Source of the DNA: an uncultured Gemmatimonadales bacterium
GTDB taxonomy: Bacteria; Gemmatimonadota; Gemmatimonadetes; Longimicrobiales; RSA9
Length of the DNA: 64,000 nt
Reading direction: 5' to 3'
NCBI GenBank assembly: GCA_963708135.1
Contig: OY970192.1
Coordinates: forward strand, 2,720,001 to 2,784,000
Both the position numbers and the translations under genes were made by a program. Shown piece by piece: positions 30,232-41,476 of the stretch. Below the pieces are notes generated by a model, which was not told the DNA's origin, did not search any database, and saw only the letters and a list, made by a program, of their open reading frames with translations. Position 1 is the stretch's first letter, and the number at the start of each line of letters is the position of its first letter.

Positions 30232-30672
30232 CTACTCCGCGCCGGCCCGCTCGAGCGCTTCGGTCATCACGGGACTGGGCGTACCCCTCGCCGTGAGCAC
30301 CACCACGTAGCCGTCGGGATCGCGGGCCACGAGGTCGATGGTGCCCCACGCGGTCGGCGCCGGCCCCTCCACCACTCCCCCTCCCATGCCGCGGGCGCGC
30401 TCGGCCAGGTCACCGAGCGTTTCCGCGTCCGCGGAGAAGGAGACGCGCACGCCCGCGCCGGGCGTGGCGGGCGCGTCGCCGCGCCGCGGCACCAGCAGCA
30501 GGTCCTGATACTTCGCGCGGCGGACGTGGACCAGCATCGGGGCTCCCTGGGGGATCTCGAGGCGGGCAATGACGTCGAAGCCCAGTCCGTCAACGTACCA
30601 GCGGGTGGCTGTCTCGAGGTCCGACACGGCGAACGTGGCAAAGGCCGGCATCGGGTAGATCTCGTGCTGCAT
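30232..30672 (-). CDS. VOC/glyoxalase family protein
   Basis: VSDLETATRWYVDGLGF and WGTIDLVARDPDGY. Confidence 0.85.
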   Translation of the reverse strand: MQHEIYPMPAFATFAVSDLETATRWYVDGLGFDVIARLEIPQGAPMLVHVRRAKYQDLLLVPRRGDAPATPGAGVRVSFSADAETLGDLAERARGMGGGVVEGPAPTAWGTIDLVARDPDGYVVVLTARGTPSPVMTEALERAGAE

Positions 30673-30758
30673 CTGGGCGCTCCCGTTCGGATGATGCGCC
30701 ACGATGGCGCCTGACGCCGCGTGAGGGTCAAGGCTCGGGGGTTGGCGCTCGGGGTCTG

Positions 30759-31409
30759 CTACTCCTGCACCTCCGGCCCGTGGTACAGCCCGGCCGGGTT
30801 CGCGCCGAGCAGGCCGGCGTCGTAGAGCCGGCGGTCGAGGGGGCGGAGGCGGGCGGCGTCGCCCTCGGTCACGAGGACGGTGAGCGGGAGGGTGTCCATG
30901 TGCTCACCGATGTCGTCGAGGTCGTCCTCGCGCCGGCGCCAGTCGCCGAAGCGGGCGGTGCGCAGGTCGAGCGGCCGGGTATAGCCGCGCAGGGTGAGCT
31001 CGCCCCGCACGTTGAAGTAGAAGTCGAAGTAGGAGAGGACGAGCTCGCGCAGGGTGCGGTAGACGGGCGAGCGCCAGCGCAGCCCCGTGTAGTTGGACTT
31101 GGCGACGGCGCCGATCCGCCCGCGCTCGCGGAAGAGGGTGATGATGTGGTCGTCGTCGCGCACGGCGCGCAGGTCGACGACGATCGGCGGCCGGCCGTGG
31201 CGCTCGAGCGCCGCGGCCGCGAAGAGCGCGCCCTCCATGCAGTTCGCCCGCCGATCGCGAAGGACCCGGCGCGGCGAGCGGCAGGTGATCTCGTCGTTGT
31301 ACGGGATCGAGTCCAGGTACGCCTGCACGTCCTCCGGCGTGCGCAGCCCGTCGAGCGCCGCGCGCTCCGCCGCCGTCCACTCGCCTGCCGCCCTGGTGCC
31401 GCCTCGCAT
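30759..31409 (-). CDS. Hypothetical protein, possible transglutaminase-like fold
   Basis: GGAGGA RBS; SPRRVL..ANCMEGA..DDDHII..KSNY pattern; real gene is the 3' part of a spurious long ORF. Confidence 0.7.
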   Translation of the reverse strand: MRGGTRAAGEWTAAERAALDGLRTPEDVQAYLDSIPYNDEITCRSPRRVLRDRRANCMEGALFAAAALERHGRPPIVVDLRAVRDDDHIITLFRERGRIGAVAKSNYTGLRWRSPVYRTLRELVLSYFDFYFNVRGELTLRGYTRPLDLRTARFGDWRRREDDLDDIGEHMDTLPLTVLVTEGDAARLRPLDRRLYDAGLLGANPAGLYHGPEVQE

Positions 31410-31517
31410 CGGGCTCCTCCCCGCTCGCGCCATCGGTGTCGGAAACGGCCCTGAGTATCGCGCCCGTCGGCGCGGCCGGCAACGGCGGACTGGCCTCGTC
31501 CGGCGCCGCCCCCTATC

Positions 31518-34500
31518 ATGCCCGGAAGCGCCCGCACCGCGCCCGCCGATCCGTTCACGCCGCCCCGGAGCCGTACCGTGATGAGCGCGCCCGCACCGTG
31601 CCGTGCCCTCTCTCCCGGGCCGCCGGCCGCTCCGCCGACGTCCCGCTTCCTTGGCCGATTCAGCTCCAGGCCCGCGCCGCGCGCCGGAGCACATCGCCGC
31701 GTTGCCGGGCTCGCCCTCGTCCTCGCCCTCGCCGCGCTGGCCGCGGCGGCAGCCGCGCAGCAGCCCGATCTCGCGCTGCTCGGCGGGATGCACGCCCGCG
31801 GCATCGGCCCGGCGGGGATGAGCGGGCGGGTGGAGGCGGTGGACGCGGTCGCGTCGGACCCGCGCGTGATCTGGGTCGGCGCCGCGACCGGGGGGGTCTG
31901 GAAATCGACGGATGGCGGCGTGGTCTTCCGGCCGCTGTTCGACCACGAGGACGCGTCCTCGATCGGGGCGCTGGCCGTGAGCCAGTCGAACCCTGACGTG
32001 GTGTGGGTGGGGACGGGCGAGGCGGGCGTGCGCAACAGCATGGGGGTGGGCCGGGGCGTGTGGCGGACCGTGGACGGCGGCGCGCGCTGGAGCTTTCTCG
32101 GCCTCGGGAAGTCGGAGCGGATCGCGCGCATACGCGTGGATCCCGGGGACGCCGACGTCGCCTGGGTGGCGGCGCTCGGACCGGCCTGGAGCAACGGTAG
32201 CGAGCGCGGCATCTATCGCACCCGCGACGGCGGGAAGACGTGGGACCATGTGCTGCCCGGCGACTCCACCACCGGCGCGGCGGACCTCGCCATGGATCCC
32301 GCCAACCCCCGCCACCTGCTCGCCGCTCTCTGGCAGTACCGGCGCTGGCCGTGGGGCTTCCGGTCGGGCGGGCCGGGGAGCGGGCTCTACGAGTCGTGGG
32401 ACGGCGGCAGGACGTGGCGGCGGGAGAGCGCGGCGGACGGGCTGCCGGAGGGGGAGCTCGGCCGGATCGCGCTCGCGTTCGCGCCCTCCGCGCCGGGCGT
32501 GGCCTACGCGCTCGTGGAGGCGAAGTCGAGCGCGCTCGTCCGCTCGGACGACGGCGGACGGACGTGGACGACGGTCGAGCAGGGGCCGGAGGTGGACCCC
32601 CGCCCCTTCTACTTCTCGCGCATCGAGGTGGATCCGGCCAACGAGAACCGGCTCTACCGCGTGGGCGAGACGCTCGAGGTGAGCGAGGACGGCGGGCACC
32701 ACTTCCGCACCGTCGTGCCCAGCCGGAAGGTGCACGGCGACGTGCACGTCGTCTGGATCGGGCCGCGAGGGCAGCGGCTGATCCAGGGCAACGACGGCGG
32801 CGTCGGCATCTCCGTGGACCGGGGCGCCAGCTGGCGCTGGGTGGCCGACCTGCCGCTCGCCCAGTACTACCACGTGAGCGTGGACGACGCGCTGCCGTAC
32901 GACATCTACGGCGGGCTCCAGGACAACGGCAGCTGGGTCGGGCCGAGCAGCGTCTGGCACACGGGCGGCATCCGCAACTACGACTTCCAGCGCACGGGCG
33001 GCGGGGACGGCATGGGCTCGGTCGTGGACGCGTCCGACCCGCGCTACCTCTACGGCGCCTCGCAGGAGGGGGAGCTCTACCGCTTCGATCGCGTGACCGG
33101 CGGCCGGACCCTGGTCCAGCCCACCGGCCCGGACGGCGTGAAGCTCCGCTTCAACTGGAACGCGGCCATTGCGGCCGACCCGTTCACGCCCGGCACCGTC
33201 TACTACGGCAGCCAGTTCCTGCACGAGACGACGGACCACGGCGACACGTGGCGGACCATCTCGCCGGACCTCACGACGAACGATCCGGACAAGCAGAAGC
33301 AGGACGAGAGCGGCGGCCTCACGCTCAATGCATCGGGCGCGGAGAACCACACCACCCTCATCACGATCGCGCCGAGCCACGCCGCGAAGGGCGAGATCTG
33401 GGTCGGCACGGATGACGGCAACGTGCAGCTCACGCGCGACGGCGGCGCCCACTGGACCAACCTGCGGAACCGCATCCGCGGGCCCGCCGCGGGCACGTGG
33501 GTGTCGCACATCGAGCCCTCGACGACGGACGCGGCGGCCGCCCTCGTCGCCTTCGACGACCACCGGCGCGGGGACTGGACGCCCTGGATCTTCCGCACCG
33601 CCGACTACGGCCGCACCTGGGAACGCCTCGGGACCGACGGCCTCGACGGCTTCGTCCATACCGTGATCCAGGACTCCGCGCGGCCGAGCCTGCTCTTCGC
33701 GGGCACCGAGTTCGGGCTGTTCGTGAGCTTCGACGCCGGCCGGCGCTGGCAGAAGTGGACGCACGGGCTGCCCACGGTGCCGGTGCGCTCGCTCGTCATC
33801 CAGCCGCGCGAGGCGGACCTCGTGATCGGCACCCACGGCCGGGCCGCCTACGTGCTCGACGACATCCGGCCGCTGCGCGCGCTGGCCGCCGATCCCGGCA
33901 TCGCCCGCCGGCCGCTCACTGTCTTCCCCGCGCCCACCGCCTACCAGCACGAGCAGGCCGAGCCCCTCGGCTACCGCTCCACCGGGGACGGCATGTTCTT
34001 CGGCGAGAACCGCCCCTACGGCGCCCTCCTGAGCTTCTGGCTCGGGGCGCCCGCCGCCACCACCGCTGATGATGGCGACGCGCCCGCCGCCGACTCGTCG
34101 CGTTCCGCGAAGCTCGAGGTGGCCGACAGTACCGGCGTCGTGGTCCGCACGCTCGAGGCGAGCGCCGAGCGCGGACTCGTGCGCGCCGTCTGGGACCTGC
34201 GCCGCGACGGCTTCCACGCCGGCGGACAGCGCGGTGCCATGGATGGCCCGGAGGTGCCGCCGGGAACCTACACCGTGCGCGTCCACGCGGGCGACGCCAC
34301 CGCGAGCACGCCCGTCGCGGTCGTCTTCGATCCGCGCGTCCGGAGCTCCGTGGCGGACCGCCGCGCCAATTACGACGCCCTGGTCGCGCTCGGCGGCGCG
34401 CTCGAGCAGGCGACGAAGGCGCTCGGCACGATCCGCGACGCGCGCGGCAGCGTGGACGTGGTGCTGCGCCGGGTCCACGGCCGCGAGGACGCGCAGGCGC

Positions 34501-34814
34501 GCGCGCTCGGGGACGCCGGCCGCGCGCTCGGCCGCTCCCTCGACTCCCTCGAGATCGCCTTCGCCGGCCCGCAGCACGTGCAGGGGCTAGCGCCTCAGGG
34601 CGACGCCGTGCTCGCCGTGCTGCGCGGGGCCTACCGCATGATCTCGGCGGGCTTTGCCGCGCCCACCCCGAACCAGCGTGCGCGAGCGCGCCAGGCGGAG
34701 GCGGCGCTCGCCGCCGCCATGGCCCGCCGCGACGCGGTATGGAAGGGCCCGCTCGCCCGCTTCCGTGCCCGGGTCGAGGAGGCCGGCCTCGGACTCGTGC
34801 CGGCGGCACCGTGA
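31518..34814 (+). CDS. VPS10/sortilin-like BNR-repeat beta-propeller protein (glycosyl hydrolase-like); start uncertain
   Basis: GPAGMSGR, many SxDGGxTW BNR repeats, GGLQDNGSW and ISPDLTTND. Confidence 0.88.
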   Translation: MPGSARTAPADPFTPPRSRTVMSAPAPCRALSPGPPAAPPTSRFLGRFSSRPAPRAGAHRRVAGLALVLALAALAAAAAAQQPDLALLGGMHARGIGPAGMSGRVEAVDAVASDPRVIWVGAATGGVWKSTDGGVVFRPLFDHEDASSIGALAVSQSNPDVVWVGTGEAGVRNSMGVGRGVWRTVDGGARWSFLGLGKSERIARIRVDPGDADVAWVAALGPAWSNGSERGIYRTRDGGKTWDHVLPGDSTTGAADLAMDPANPRHLLAALWQYRRWPWGFRSGGPGSGLYESWDGGRTWRRESAADGLPEGELGRIALAFAPSAPGVAYALVEAKSSALVRSDDGGRTWTTVEQGPEVDPRPFYFSRIEVDPANENRLYRVGETLEVSEDGGHHFRTVVPSRKVHGDVHVVWIGPRGQRLIQGNDGGVGISVDRGASWRWVADLPLAQYYHVSVDDALPYDIYGGLQDNGSWVGPSSVWHTGGIRNYDFQRTGGGDGMGSVVDASDPRYLYGASQEGELYRFDRVTGGRTLVQPTGPDGVKLRFNWNAAIAADPFTPGTVYYGSQFLHETTDHGDTWRTISPDLTTNDPDKQKQDESGGLTLNASGAENHTTLITIAPSHAAKGEIWVGTDDGNVQLTRDGGAHWTNLRNRIRGPAAGTWVSHIEPSTTDAAAALVAFDDHRRGDWTPWIFRTADYGRTWERLGTDGLDGFVHTVIQDSARPSLLFAGTEFGLFVSFDAGRRWQKWTHGLPTVPVRSLVIQPREADLVIGTHGRAAYVLDDIRPLRALAADPGIARRPLTVFPAPTAYQHEQAEPLGYRSTGDGMFFGENRPYGALLSFWLGAPAATTADDGDAPAADSSRSAKLEVADSTGVVVRTLEASAERGLVRAVWDLRRDGFHAGGQRGAMDGPEVPPGTYTVRVHAGDATASTPVAVVFDPRVRSSVADRRANYDALVALGGALEQATKALGTIRDARGSVDVVLRRVHGREDAQARALGDAGRALGRSLDSLEIAFAGPQHVQGLAPQGDAVLAVLRGAYRMISAGFAAPTPNQRARARQAEAALAAAMARRDAVWKGPLARFRARVEEAGLGLVPAAP

Positions 34815-35299
34815 CCCCGCGACGGGCAGCCCGCCAGGAGCCCGCGTCGTTCCGCTTCTCCGCCCCGGTCGAGCGGGTGGGGCGGAACCCCTGCGTGGCG
34901 GTGCCCGCCCGGGTGAGCGCCGCGCTCGGGCGGCACGGCCCCGTGCGCGTGAAGGGGACGCTCAACGGTACGCCGATCCGGGCCACGCTCATGCCGGCCG
35001 GCGGCGGCCGCCACCAGCTCTACGTGAACGCGGCCATGCGGCGGGACGCGGGCGTGGACGTGGGCGACCGCGCCCGGCTCGTGCTCCGGGAGTCCGCCGA
35101 GCCCGAGCGGCCCTCGCTCCCGCCCGACCTCGCCCGCGCCCTCGCCGCGGCGCCGCGCGCGAGCGCCGCGCTCGATGCGCTGCCGGCGGCGCGCCAGGGC
35201 GAGCTGGTCGCGTGGGTGCTCGCCGCGCGCCGCCGCGACACCCGCAGGGAGCGGGTCCGCTGCCTGCTCGACCTGCTGGCCGGGCGCAAGCGGCGGTGA
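34811..35299 (+). CDS. DUF1905 + YdeI/OmpD-associated domain protein
   Basis: VRVKGTLNG..ATLMP..G.DVGD, then PPDLARAL..WV..A.R.DTR.R; GTGA coupling with upstream gene. Confidence 0.8.
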   Translation: MTPRRAARQEPASFRFSAPVERVGRNPCVAVPARVSAALGRHGPVRVKGTLNGTPIRATLMPAGGGRHQLYVNAAMRRDAGVDVGDRARLVLRESAEPERPSLPPDLARALAAAPRASAALDALPAARQGELVAWVLAARRRDTRRERVRCLLDLLAGRKRR

Positions 35300-35333
35300 G
35301 CGGGGTGTACCCCTCCCGGCATGGAAGGCGAGC

Positions 35334-35864
35334 GTGAGCGGCGGCGCGCAGTCCGGCGACGTGCCGCGAGCGGGCACGCCGGCGGTCGCGGTCCGGCGGG
35401 CTGAGGTGGACGATCTGGACGCGCTCGTGCCGCTGTTCTCGGCGTACCGCGCGTTCTATCATCAGCCCCGCGACGACGACGCCGCGCGCGCGTTCCTCGC
35501 CGCCCGCCTCGGCGCGCGGGAGTCCGTGGTCTTCCTGGCCCTGCTGGACGGCCGCGTGGTCGGGTTCACGCAGCTCTACCCCGGCTTCTCCTCCGTCGGA
35601 CTCGGGCGGGTATGGATCCTGAACGACCTTTTCGTGGCGCCGGAGGGCCGGCGCCGTGGCGTGGGCGCGGCGCTGCTCGAGCGGGCACGGCGGCACGCGG
35701 TGGAGACGGGCGCGCGGGCGCTCACTCTCGAGACCACCACGGACAACGCGCCGGCCCGGGCGCTCTACGAGGCGAACGGCTGGAAGATCGACCCGCTGCT
35801 CCATTACGAGTTCCGGCTGGACGGAGAGGGCGCGGAGCACGGGGGCGAGGCGGACGAGCGTTGA
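35334..35864 (+). CDS. GNAT family N-acetyltransferase
   Basis: GFTQLYP, LNDLFVAPEGRRRGVG and NAPARALYE; start approximate. Confidence 0.88.
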   Translation: MSGGAQSGDVPRAGTPAVAVRRAEVDDLDALVPLFSAYRAFYHQPRDDDAARAFLAARLGARESVVFLALLDGRVVGFTQLYPGFSSVGLGRVWILNDLFVAPEGRRRGVGAALLERARRHAVETGARALTLETTTDNAPARALYEANGWKIDPLLHYEFRLDGEGAEHGGEADER

Positions 35865-35941
35865 GGGTCCAGGCGCCGGGGACGGTGCCGTCCCGGCGGC
35901 TCTGCGGGCGACCCAAGCCAGCCCGATAACGAGGAGGAGCG

Positions 35942-36490
35942 ATGAAGGAGGAAGTCCGGCGGGAGACCGCCACGCTGGCCGGCGGGTGCTTCTGGTGCCT
36001 CGAGGCCGTCTACGAGCAGCTCCGGGGCGTGCTCGCGGTGGAGTCCGGGTACACCGGCGGACACGTCGAGAGCCCCACCTACCAGGAAGTCTGCGGCGGC
36101 GACACCGGGCACGCCGAGGCCGTGCGCATCGACTTCGACACCGAGCGCCTCTCCTACCGCGAGCTGCTCGAGGTCTTCTTCACCATCCACGACCCCACCA
36201 CGCCCAACCGCCAGGGCGCCGACGTCGGGACGCAGTACCGCTCCGCCATCTTCTACCACTCCCCGGAGCAGAGGCGTACGGCCGAGGACGTCATGGCGGA
36301 GCTTCAGGCGGAGGGCCTCTGGGATGCGCCGTTCGTCACCGAGCTCCAGCAGGCCGGGCCGTTCTACGCGGCCGAGGCATACCACCGGACCTACTTCCGC
36401 AACAACCCCGAGCAGGCCTACTGCCGCTTCGTCATCGAGCCCAAGGTGGCCAAGTTCAGGCAGAAGTTCCTCGAGAAGCTCAACGCCTGA
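35942..36490 (+). CDS. msrA: Peptide-methionine (S)-S-oxide reductase
   Basis: GGCFWC, TGHAE, HDPTT, DVGTQYRS and AEAYH. Confidence 0.95.
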   Translation: MKEEVRRETATLAGGCFWCLEAVYEQLRGVLAVESGYTGGHVESPTYQEVCGGDTGHAEAVRIDFDTERLSYRELLEVFFTIHDPTTPNRQGADVGTQYRSAIFYHSPEQRRTAEDVMAELQAEGLWDAPFVTELQQAGPFYAAEAYHRTYFRNNPEQAYCRFVIEPKVAKFRQKFLEKLNA

Positions 36491-36550
36491 GCCGCGCCGG
36501 GCGGGAGAGCCCGACTCCCCCGCCCCCGCCGCTCCCGCCGCAGGAGGCCC

Positions 36551-36773
36551 GGAGTCTCGACCACCATGGGCGCATCCGTGCGGCGGCCGCGGTGAACGCC
36601 CCACGCATACCCCGGCGCGGAGACGGTTGGGGAGTTGACCCCGCCATTCGTTGTCAACTCCCCACGGGCCGCACGTCCACGGGAACGCTTGGGGATTTTA
36701 CCGCGCTATTCGCAGTCAAGTCCCCAAGCGTCGATTCTACGGCCAATGCGTGGGGACTTTCCTGCCCTCGCGG
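36551..36773. repeat. Dispersed multi-hairpin element of about 220 bp, copy 1
   Basis: TGGGGAGTTGAC..GTCAACTCCCCA stem; colinear with 45447-45670. Confidence 0.85.
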
Positions 36774-36832
36774 CCCCGCCGCGCCCCGCACGGCACATCA
36801 CCCACTCGCCCGCTCGCTCCTCTCTCTCCCCT

Positions 36833-39541
36833 TCAGTCCGTTCGCAGCGCCCGCATCGGCTCCACCCCCGCCGCGCGACGGGCGGGAATGACGCTCGCGA
36901 GCACCAATGCGCCCAGGAGCACGACGGCCACGCCAATGTAGACCACGGGGTCGCGGGGTGACTCCTCGAAGAGCAGCGGCTTCAGCCAGCGGGCGGCCAC
37001 GAGCGCGATGCCGAGGCCGAGCGCGACCCCGGTCACGGCCACGCGCAGCCCCTGGGCGAGGACGAGGCGGACGAGGTGGCCGACGCGCGCGCCCAGCGCC
37101 GCGCGCACGCCCAGCTCGTGCGTGCGCTGCGCCACGTCGTAGGCGATCACGCCGTAGAGGCCGATGGCCGCGAGCAGCAGGGCGAGCAGCCCGAAGAGCG
37201 CGAACATGGTGGCCCCGACCTCCCACGACCGGGTCTGCTGGCCGAGGATCTCGGCGAGCGGCGTCACGCTCACGTACGCGGCGCCCGGCATGAGCGGCTG
37301 GAGCGCGCGGCGGATCGCCTCGCGCTCGTCGCCCGCCCGTCCACGGGTGCGCAGGAAGAGGCCCGTCTGCTGCGGGTGGAACTGCGCCGCGGACAGGTAA
37401 TAGAAGAGCGATGGGTCGTCGTCGAGGCTGCTGTTCTTGATGTTCTCGGCGATGCCGACCACGTACGTGCACGGCACGGTGTCGGCGCCCACCTGCACGC
37501 ATTTCCCGATCGCATTCTCCTTCGGCCACAGCTTGTGCGCCATGGCCTGGCTGACGACCATCGCGCCGGGCGCGCCCGCGCGATCGTCCTCGGTGATGCC
37601 CCGGCCGCGGAGAAGCCGCGTGCCCATCGTCGCGAAATAGTCGGGACTCACGGCGTTCAGGTCGAACTCGCCGAGCTTGGCCACGGAGTCGACGCCGGCC
37701 ACGTGCAGATCCGTGTTCCACATGCTCCAGAACGGGGTCGTGAGCTGGAGCGTGGCGTGCTCGACACCCGGGAGCGCCTGCGCCGCCTCGAGCAGGCGCC
37801 GGCGCAGCAGCACCGCCTTCGCGCTGTCCAGGTCCACGCCCCGCATGTTGAGGTCAACCTCCGCCACGCGCGCCGCGTCGTAGCCGAGCGGCACCGCCCG
37901 CACCCGCGCCAGGCTGCGCACGAAGAGCCCGGCGCCGACGAGCAGCACGACGGAGAGCGTCGCCTGGAAGACGAGCAGCGCGACCCGGGCCGGCGAGCGG
38001 TGGGAGCGGCCTTCACGCGCGCCGCCCCGCAGATCCCGCGTCAGGTCGATCCGGCGCGCCTGTGCCAGTGGCGCGAGCCCCGTGAGCAGCCCCGCCACGA
38101 GCGCGGCCACGCCGGCGAACACGAGCGTGCGCGGGTCCTGCACCACCGTGGCGGTGGTCTCCTTCGAGAGGAAGCGCGCCCGCAGCAGCGCCCCGCCCCA
38201 CTGCGCGACCCCCACACCCGCCACGCCGCCCACCAGCGCGAGCAGCAGGCTCTCCGTCAGGAGCTGCGAGGCCAGCCGCACGCGGCTCACGCCGAGCGCC
38301 AGCCGCACGGCGATCTCGCGCCGCCGCCTGAGCGCCCGCGCCAGTAGCAGGTTGGCCACGTTCGCGCACGCGATCAGCCACACGATCAGCGCCACCCCGC
38401 TCACCCACGTGGCCACCTTCGCCTCGCTCGACTCGTTCGGCCCGCGCTCGCTCAGGATCGAGGCGATCACCGCGTGCGGCCGGCCTTCGGCCAGCGGCGG
38501 CAGTCCCGAGCTCGTGGCCTTCTGCGCGCGGTAGCTGCGCACGTATGCCTGCGTGAGGTCCGCCGTCGCGGCCGCCGGCGAGACGCCCGGCCGCCGCTCG
38601 ACCATCACCGATGCCCACGTCCAGTGGTAGGTCCGCCACCAGCTCTCATCCCGCAGGAACGTCCCGGCCGACTCCGCGCCATAGGCCGTGATCGGGATGA
38701 AGGCCGCCGGCGGCGCGTCCGGCCAGAGCCCCACGAATCCCTTCGCCGCCACGCCGATCACCGTGTAGGTCGTGGCGCCGATCCGCACCTTCGAGCCCAG
38801 CGCATCACGCCGGCCGCCGTAGCGCGTCTGCCACGTGCCGTAGCCCAGCACCGCCACCGGAGTCCCGTTTGGCGGACTGTCCTCCGCCACCGTGAAGTAG
38901 CGGCCCAGCGCCGGCGGCGCGTCGAAGAAGCCGAAGAAGCTCGCGCTGACCACCCCAATGTTCAGCTCTCGCGCCTCCGTGCCCGCACCGACCGCGAGCT
39001 TCCGGTTCGTGAACATCGCCGCGCGCTCCAGCGTGCGCGCATCCCGCGCGATGTCCACGTAACGGGCGTACGGCGCGCCCGCCCCCGCGAACTCCTTCCC
39101 CCGGTACGTGCTCGCGAAGTACAGACGATGGACCCGCGCCGCATCCTTCATCAGCGGCGGAGAACGGAAGAGAAGCCGGTCCACCACCCCGAACATCGCG
39201 GCGTTCGCCCCGATCCCCAGCGCCAGCGTCAGCACCACCGCCAGCGCGAACCCCGGCTGCTTGCGCAGGCCCCGCAGCGCGTAGCGCAGATCCTCCAGCA
39301 GGTGCTCCAGCCAGCGCACCCCGCGCGCGTCCCGATGCGACTCCCGCGTCCGCTCCTCGCCCCCGAAGGCGACGAGCGCCCGCCGCCGCGCCTCCTCGCG
39401 CGAGACCCCCTCGCGCCGGACCAGGTCCTCCGTCTCCAGCTCGATGTGCAGCCGTACCTCCTCCGCCAGCTCGTGGTCCAGCGTCTCCGCGCGGGTCAGC
39501 GCCGTCCAGCGGCGCAGCAGTCGATGGGCCCATTCCCTCAT
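36833..39541 (-). CDS. ADOP-type ABC permease with N-terminal prefix domain
   Basis: [21 protein letters not shown] prefix; [19 protein letters not shown] and [10 protein letters not shown]. Confidence 0.9.
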   Translation of the reverse strand: MREWAHRLLRRWTALTRAETLDHELAEEVRLHIELETEDLVRREGVSREEARRRALVAFGGEERTRESHRDARGVRWLEHLLEDLRYALRGLRKQPGFALAVVLTLALGIGANAAMFGVVDRLLFRSPPLMKDAARVHRLYFASTYRGKEFAGAGAPYARYVDIARDARTLERAAMFTNRKLAVGAGTEARELNIGVVSASFFGFFDAPPALGRYFTVAEDSPPNGTPVAVLGYGTWQTRYGGRRDALGSKVRIGATTYTVIGVAAKGFVGLWPDAPPAAFIPITAYGAESAGTFLRDESWWRTYHWTWASVMVERRPGVSPAAATADLTQAYVRSYRAQKATSSGLPPLAEGRPHAVIASILSERGPNESSEAKVATWVSGVALIVWLIACANVANLLLARALRRRREIAVRLALGVSRVRLASQLLTESLLLALVGGVAGVGVAQWGGALLRARFLSKETTATVVQDPRTLVFAGVAALVAGLLTGLAPLAQARRIDLTRDLRGGAREGRSHRSPARVALLVFQATLSVVLLVGAGLFVRSLARVRAVPLGYDAARVAEVDLNMRGVDLDSAKAVLLRRRLLEAAQALPGVEHATLQLTTPFWSMWNTDLHVAGVDSVAKLGEFDLNAVSPDYFATMGTRLLRGRGITEDDRAGAPGAMVVSQAMAHKLWPKENAIGKCVQVGADTVPCTYVVGIAENIKNSSLDDDPSLFYYLSAAQFHPQQTGLFLRTRGRAGDEREAIRRALQPLMPGAAYVSVTPLAEILGQQTRSWEVGATMFALFGLLALLLAAIGLYGVIAYDVAQRTHELGVRAALGARVGHLVRLVLAQGLRVAVTGVALGLGIALVAARWLKPLLFEESPRDPVVYIGVAVVLLGALVLASVIPARRAAGVEPMRALRTD

Positions 39542-39581
39542 GGGATCTCCGGGGCGGCAGGGTCCGGCGGGTCGTCACACC

Positions 39582-39624
39582 TTGTCGTTCGACAACAGTA
39601 GGCGCCCGTGTTGTCGAGTGTCAA
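39582..39624 (-). promoter_or_regulatory. Putative sigma70 promoter with two overlapping palindromic operators
   Basis: Minus strand TTGACA (39624-39619), 18 nt, TACTGT (39600-39595); TTGTCG-TT-CGACAA at 39582-39595 and TTGTCG-AG-TGTCAA at 39611-39624. Confidence 0.55.
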
Positions 39625-39703
39625 GGCGTGCGGCCACCGCCGCTTGCGGCCGCCCGCCCCACCCGAGACATTTCGATGTGACCGCAGACCGGAGCGTGCC
39701 CGC

Positions 39704-41425
39704 GTGACCCCCGAGACCGCCACCCTGCTCGAGACCATCCGGTGTAGCGTGATCGGCCGCGAACGGGCGCTGGACGGCCCCTACGGCCCGCGCCGCATCA
39801 CGTACGCGGACTACACGGCGTCGGGGCGGGCGCTGTCGTTCATCGAGGAGTTCATTGCCGAGCAGGTCCTTCCGTACTACGCGAACACGCACACGGAGAC
39901 GTCGGAGACGGGGCGTCGCACGATGCGGCTGCGGGAGGATGCGCGTCGCCTGATCAAGGCCGCGTGCGGGGCGCGCCCCGAGGACGCGCTGATCTTCTGC
40001 GGCTCGGGCTCGACGGCGGCGGTGAACAAGCTGGTGGAGGTGCTGGGGCTGCGGCTTCCGCGGGAGCTGGACCGTCGCTACGAGCTGTCGTCGCGGATCC
40101 CGGAGTCGGAGCGGCCGGTGGTGTTCGTGGGCCCGTACGAGCACCACTCGAACGAGCTGCCGTGGCGGGAGTCGGTGGCGGACGTGGTGTGCGTGTCGGA
40201 GACGGCGGCGGGGCAGGTGGACCTGAAGGAGCTGGAGGCGGCGCTCGTGCGCTACGCCGAGCGGCCGCTCCGGATCGGCAGCTTCTCGGCGGCGTCGAAC
40301 GTGACGGGGATCTGCTCGGACGTGAGCGCCATCTCGATCCTGCTGCACCGCCACGGCGCCCTGTCGTTCTGGGACTGCGCGGCCGCGGGGCCGTACCGGG
40401 ACGTGCGCATGCACGGCGCGGGCGACGATCCGCTCGACTACAAGGACGCCGTCTTCCTCTCGCCGCACAAGTTCGTGGGTGGTCCCGGCACGCCGGGGAT
40501 CCTGCTGGCGCGGCGCGAGCTGTTCCGCAACCCGGTCCCGTCGGAGCCGGGCGGCGGGACGGTGCGCTTCGTCACGGAGACGGAGCACCGCTACATCGAG
40601 GACCCGGAGCATCGGGAGGAGGGCGGCACGCCGGCCATCGTGGAGTCGATCCGCGCGGGGCTCGTCTTCCATCTGCGCGCGACGGTGGGTGGGGCGGCCA
40701 TCGAGGAGCGGGAGCGCGCCTTCGTGCGGCGCGCCATCGAGGCGTGGCGCGCGAACGCGTCGCTCGAGATCCTCGGCCACCCGGACGCCGAGCGGCTGGC
40801 GATCGTCTCCTTCCGGATCCGTCACGGCGGCCGCTGGCTGCACCACGAGCTGGTCGGCGCGCTCCTGAACGACCTCTTCGGCATCCAGTCCCGCTCCGGC
40901 TGTTCGTGCGCCGGCCCCTACGGCATCCGCCTGCTCCACCTTTCGCCCGCCACGATCGATGCCCTCATGCGCGTCGTGCTGGACGGATGGGAAGGCCTGA
41001 AGCCCGGCTGGACGCGCATCAACTTCAACTACTTCATCGACGCCGCCGAGGCCGAGTTCCTCATCCGCGCCGTGGACCTCCTCGCCCGCGAGGGCTGGCG
41101 GCTGCTCCCCGCCTACGCCTTCGACCCGCACACCGGAGCGTGGCGTCACCGGCATGCGCGGCCCGACGCCGGGATCCGGCTGGGCGACGTCGCCTACCGG
41201 GACGGGCGCTGCGTGGTCCGTGACGCCGCGCCGCCGCTCATCGCGTCCGAGGCCGAGCGCGACGGCTACCTCGAGGAGGCGGAGCGGATCCTTGCCGCGG
41301 CAGGCGACGCGTGGGCCGCCGACCCCCCGCCCCGCCTCGCCCTGCCCGCCGACTTCGAGCGGCTGCGCTGGTTCCCGGTACCCGGGGACGACCGAGCGAA
41401 CGGCGAGCCCGCCGCGACGCCGTGA
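39704..41425 (+). CDS. Class V PLP-dependent aminotransferase (cysteine desulfurase-like)
   Basis: YADYTASGR, YANTHT, EHHSNELPWRE, SPHKF and RSGCSCAGPYG. Confidence 0.9.
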   Translation: MTPETATLLETIRCSVIGRERALDGPYGPRRITYADYTASGRALSFIEEFIAEQVLPYYANTHTETSETGRRTMRLREDARRLIKAACGARPEDALIFCGSGSTAAVNKLVEVLGLRLPRELDRRYELSSRIPESERPVVFVGPYEHHSNELPWRESVADVVCVSETAAGQVDLKELEAALVRYAERPLRIGSFSAASNVTGICSDVSAISILLHRHGALSFWDCAAAGPYRDVRMHGAGDDPLDYKDAVFLSPHKFVGGPGTPGILLARRELFRNPVPSEPGGGTVRFVTETEHRYIEDPEHREEGGTPAIVESIRAGLVFHLRATVGGAAIEERERAFVRRAIEAWRANASLEILGHPDAERLAIVSFRIRHGGRWLHHELVGALLNDLFGIQSRSGCSCAGPYGIRLLHLSPATIDALMRVVLDGWEGLKPGWTRINFNYFIDAAEAEFLIRAVDLLAREGWRLLPAYAFDPHTGAWRHRHARPDAGIRLGDVAYRDGRCVVRDAAPPLIASEAERDGYLEEAERILAAAGDAWAADPPPRLALPADFERLRWFPVPGDDRANGEPAATP

Positions 41426-41476
41426 AGGAAGGACGACCGCGTCCCTCGACGCGGCGGCCCGGCTCGCCAGCCTTCC

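Noticed and set aside
30759..34577. 1272-aa minus-strand ORF
   Set aside because: Antisense shadow of the VPS10 gene; only 30759-31409 looks like a real gene.
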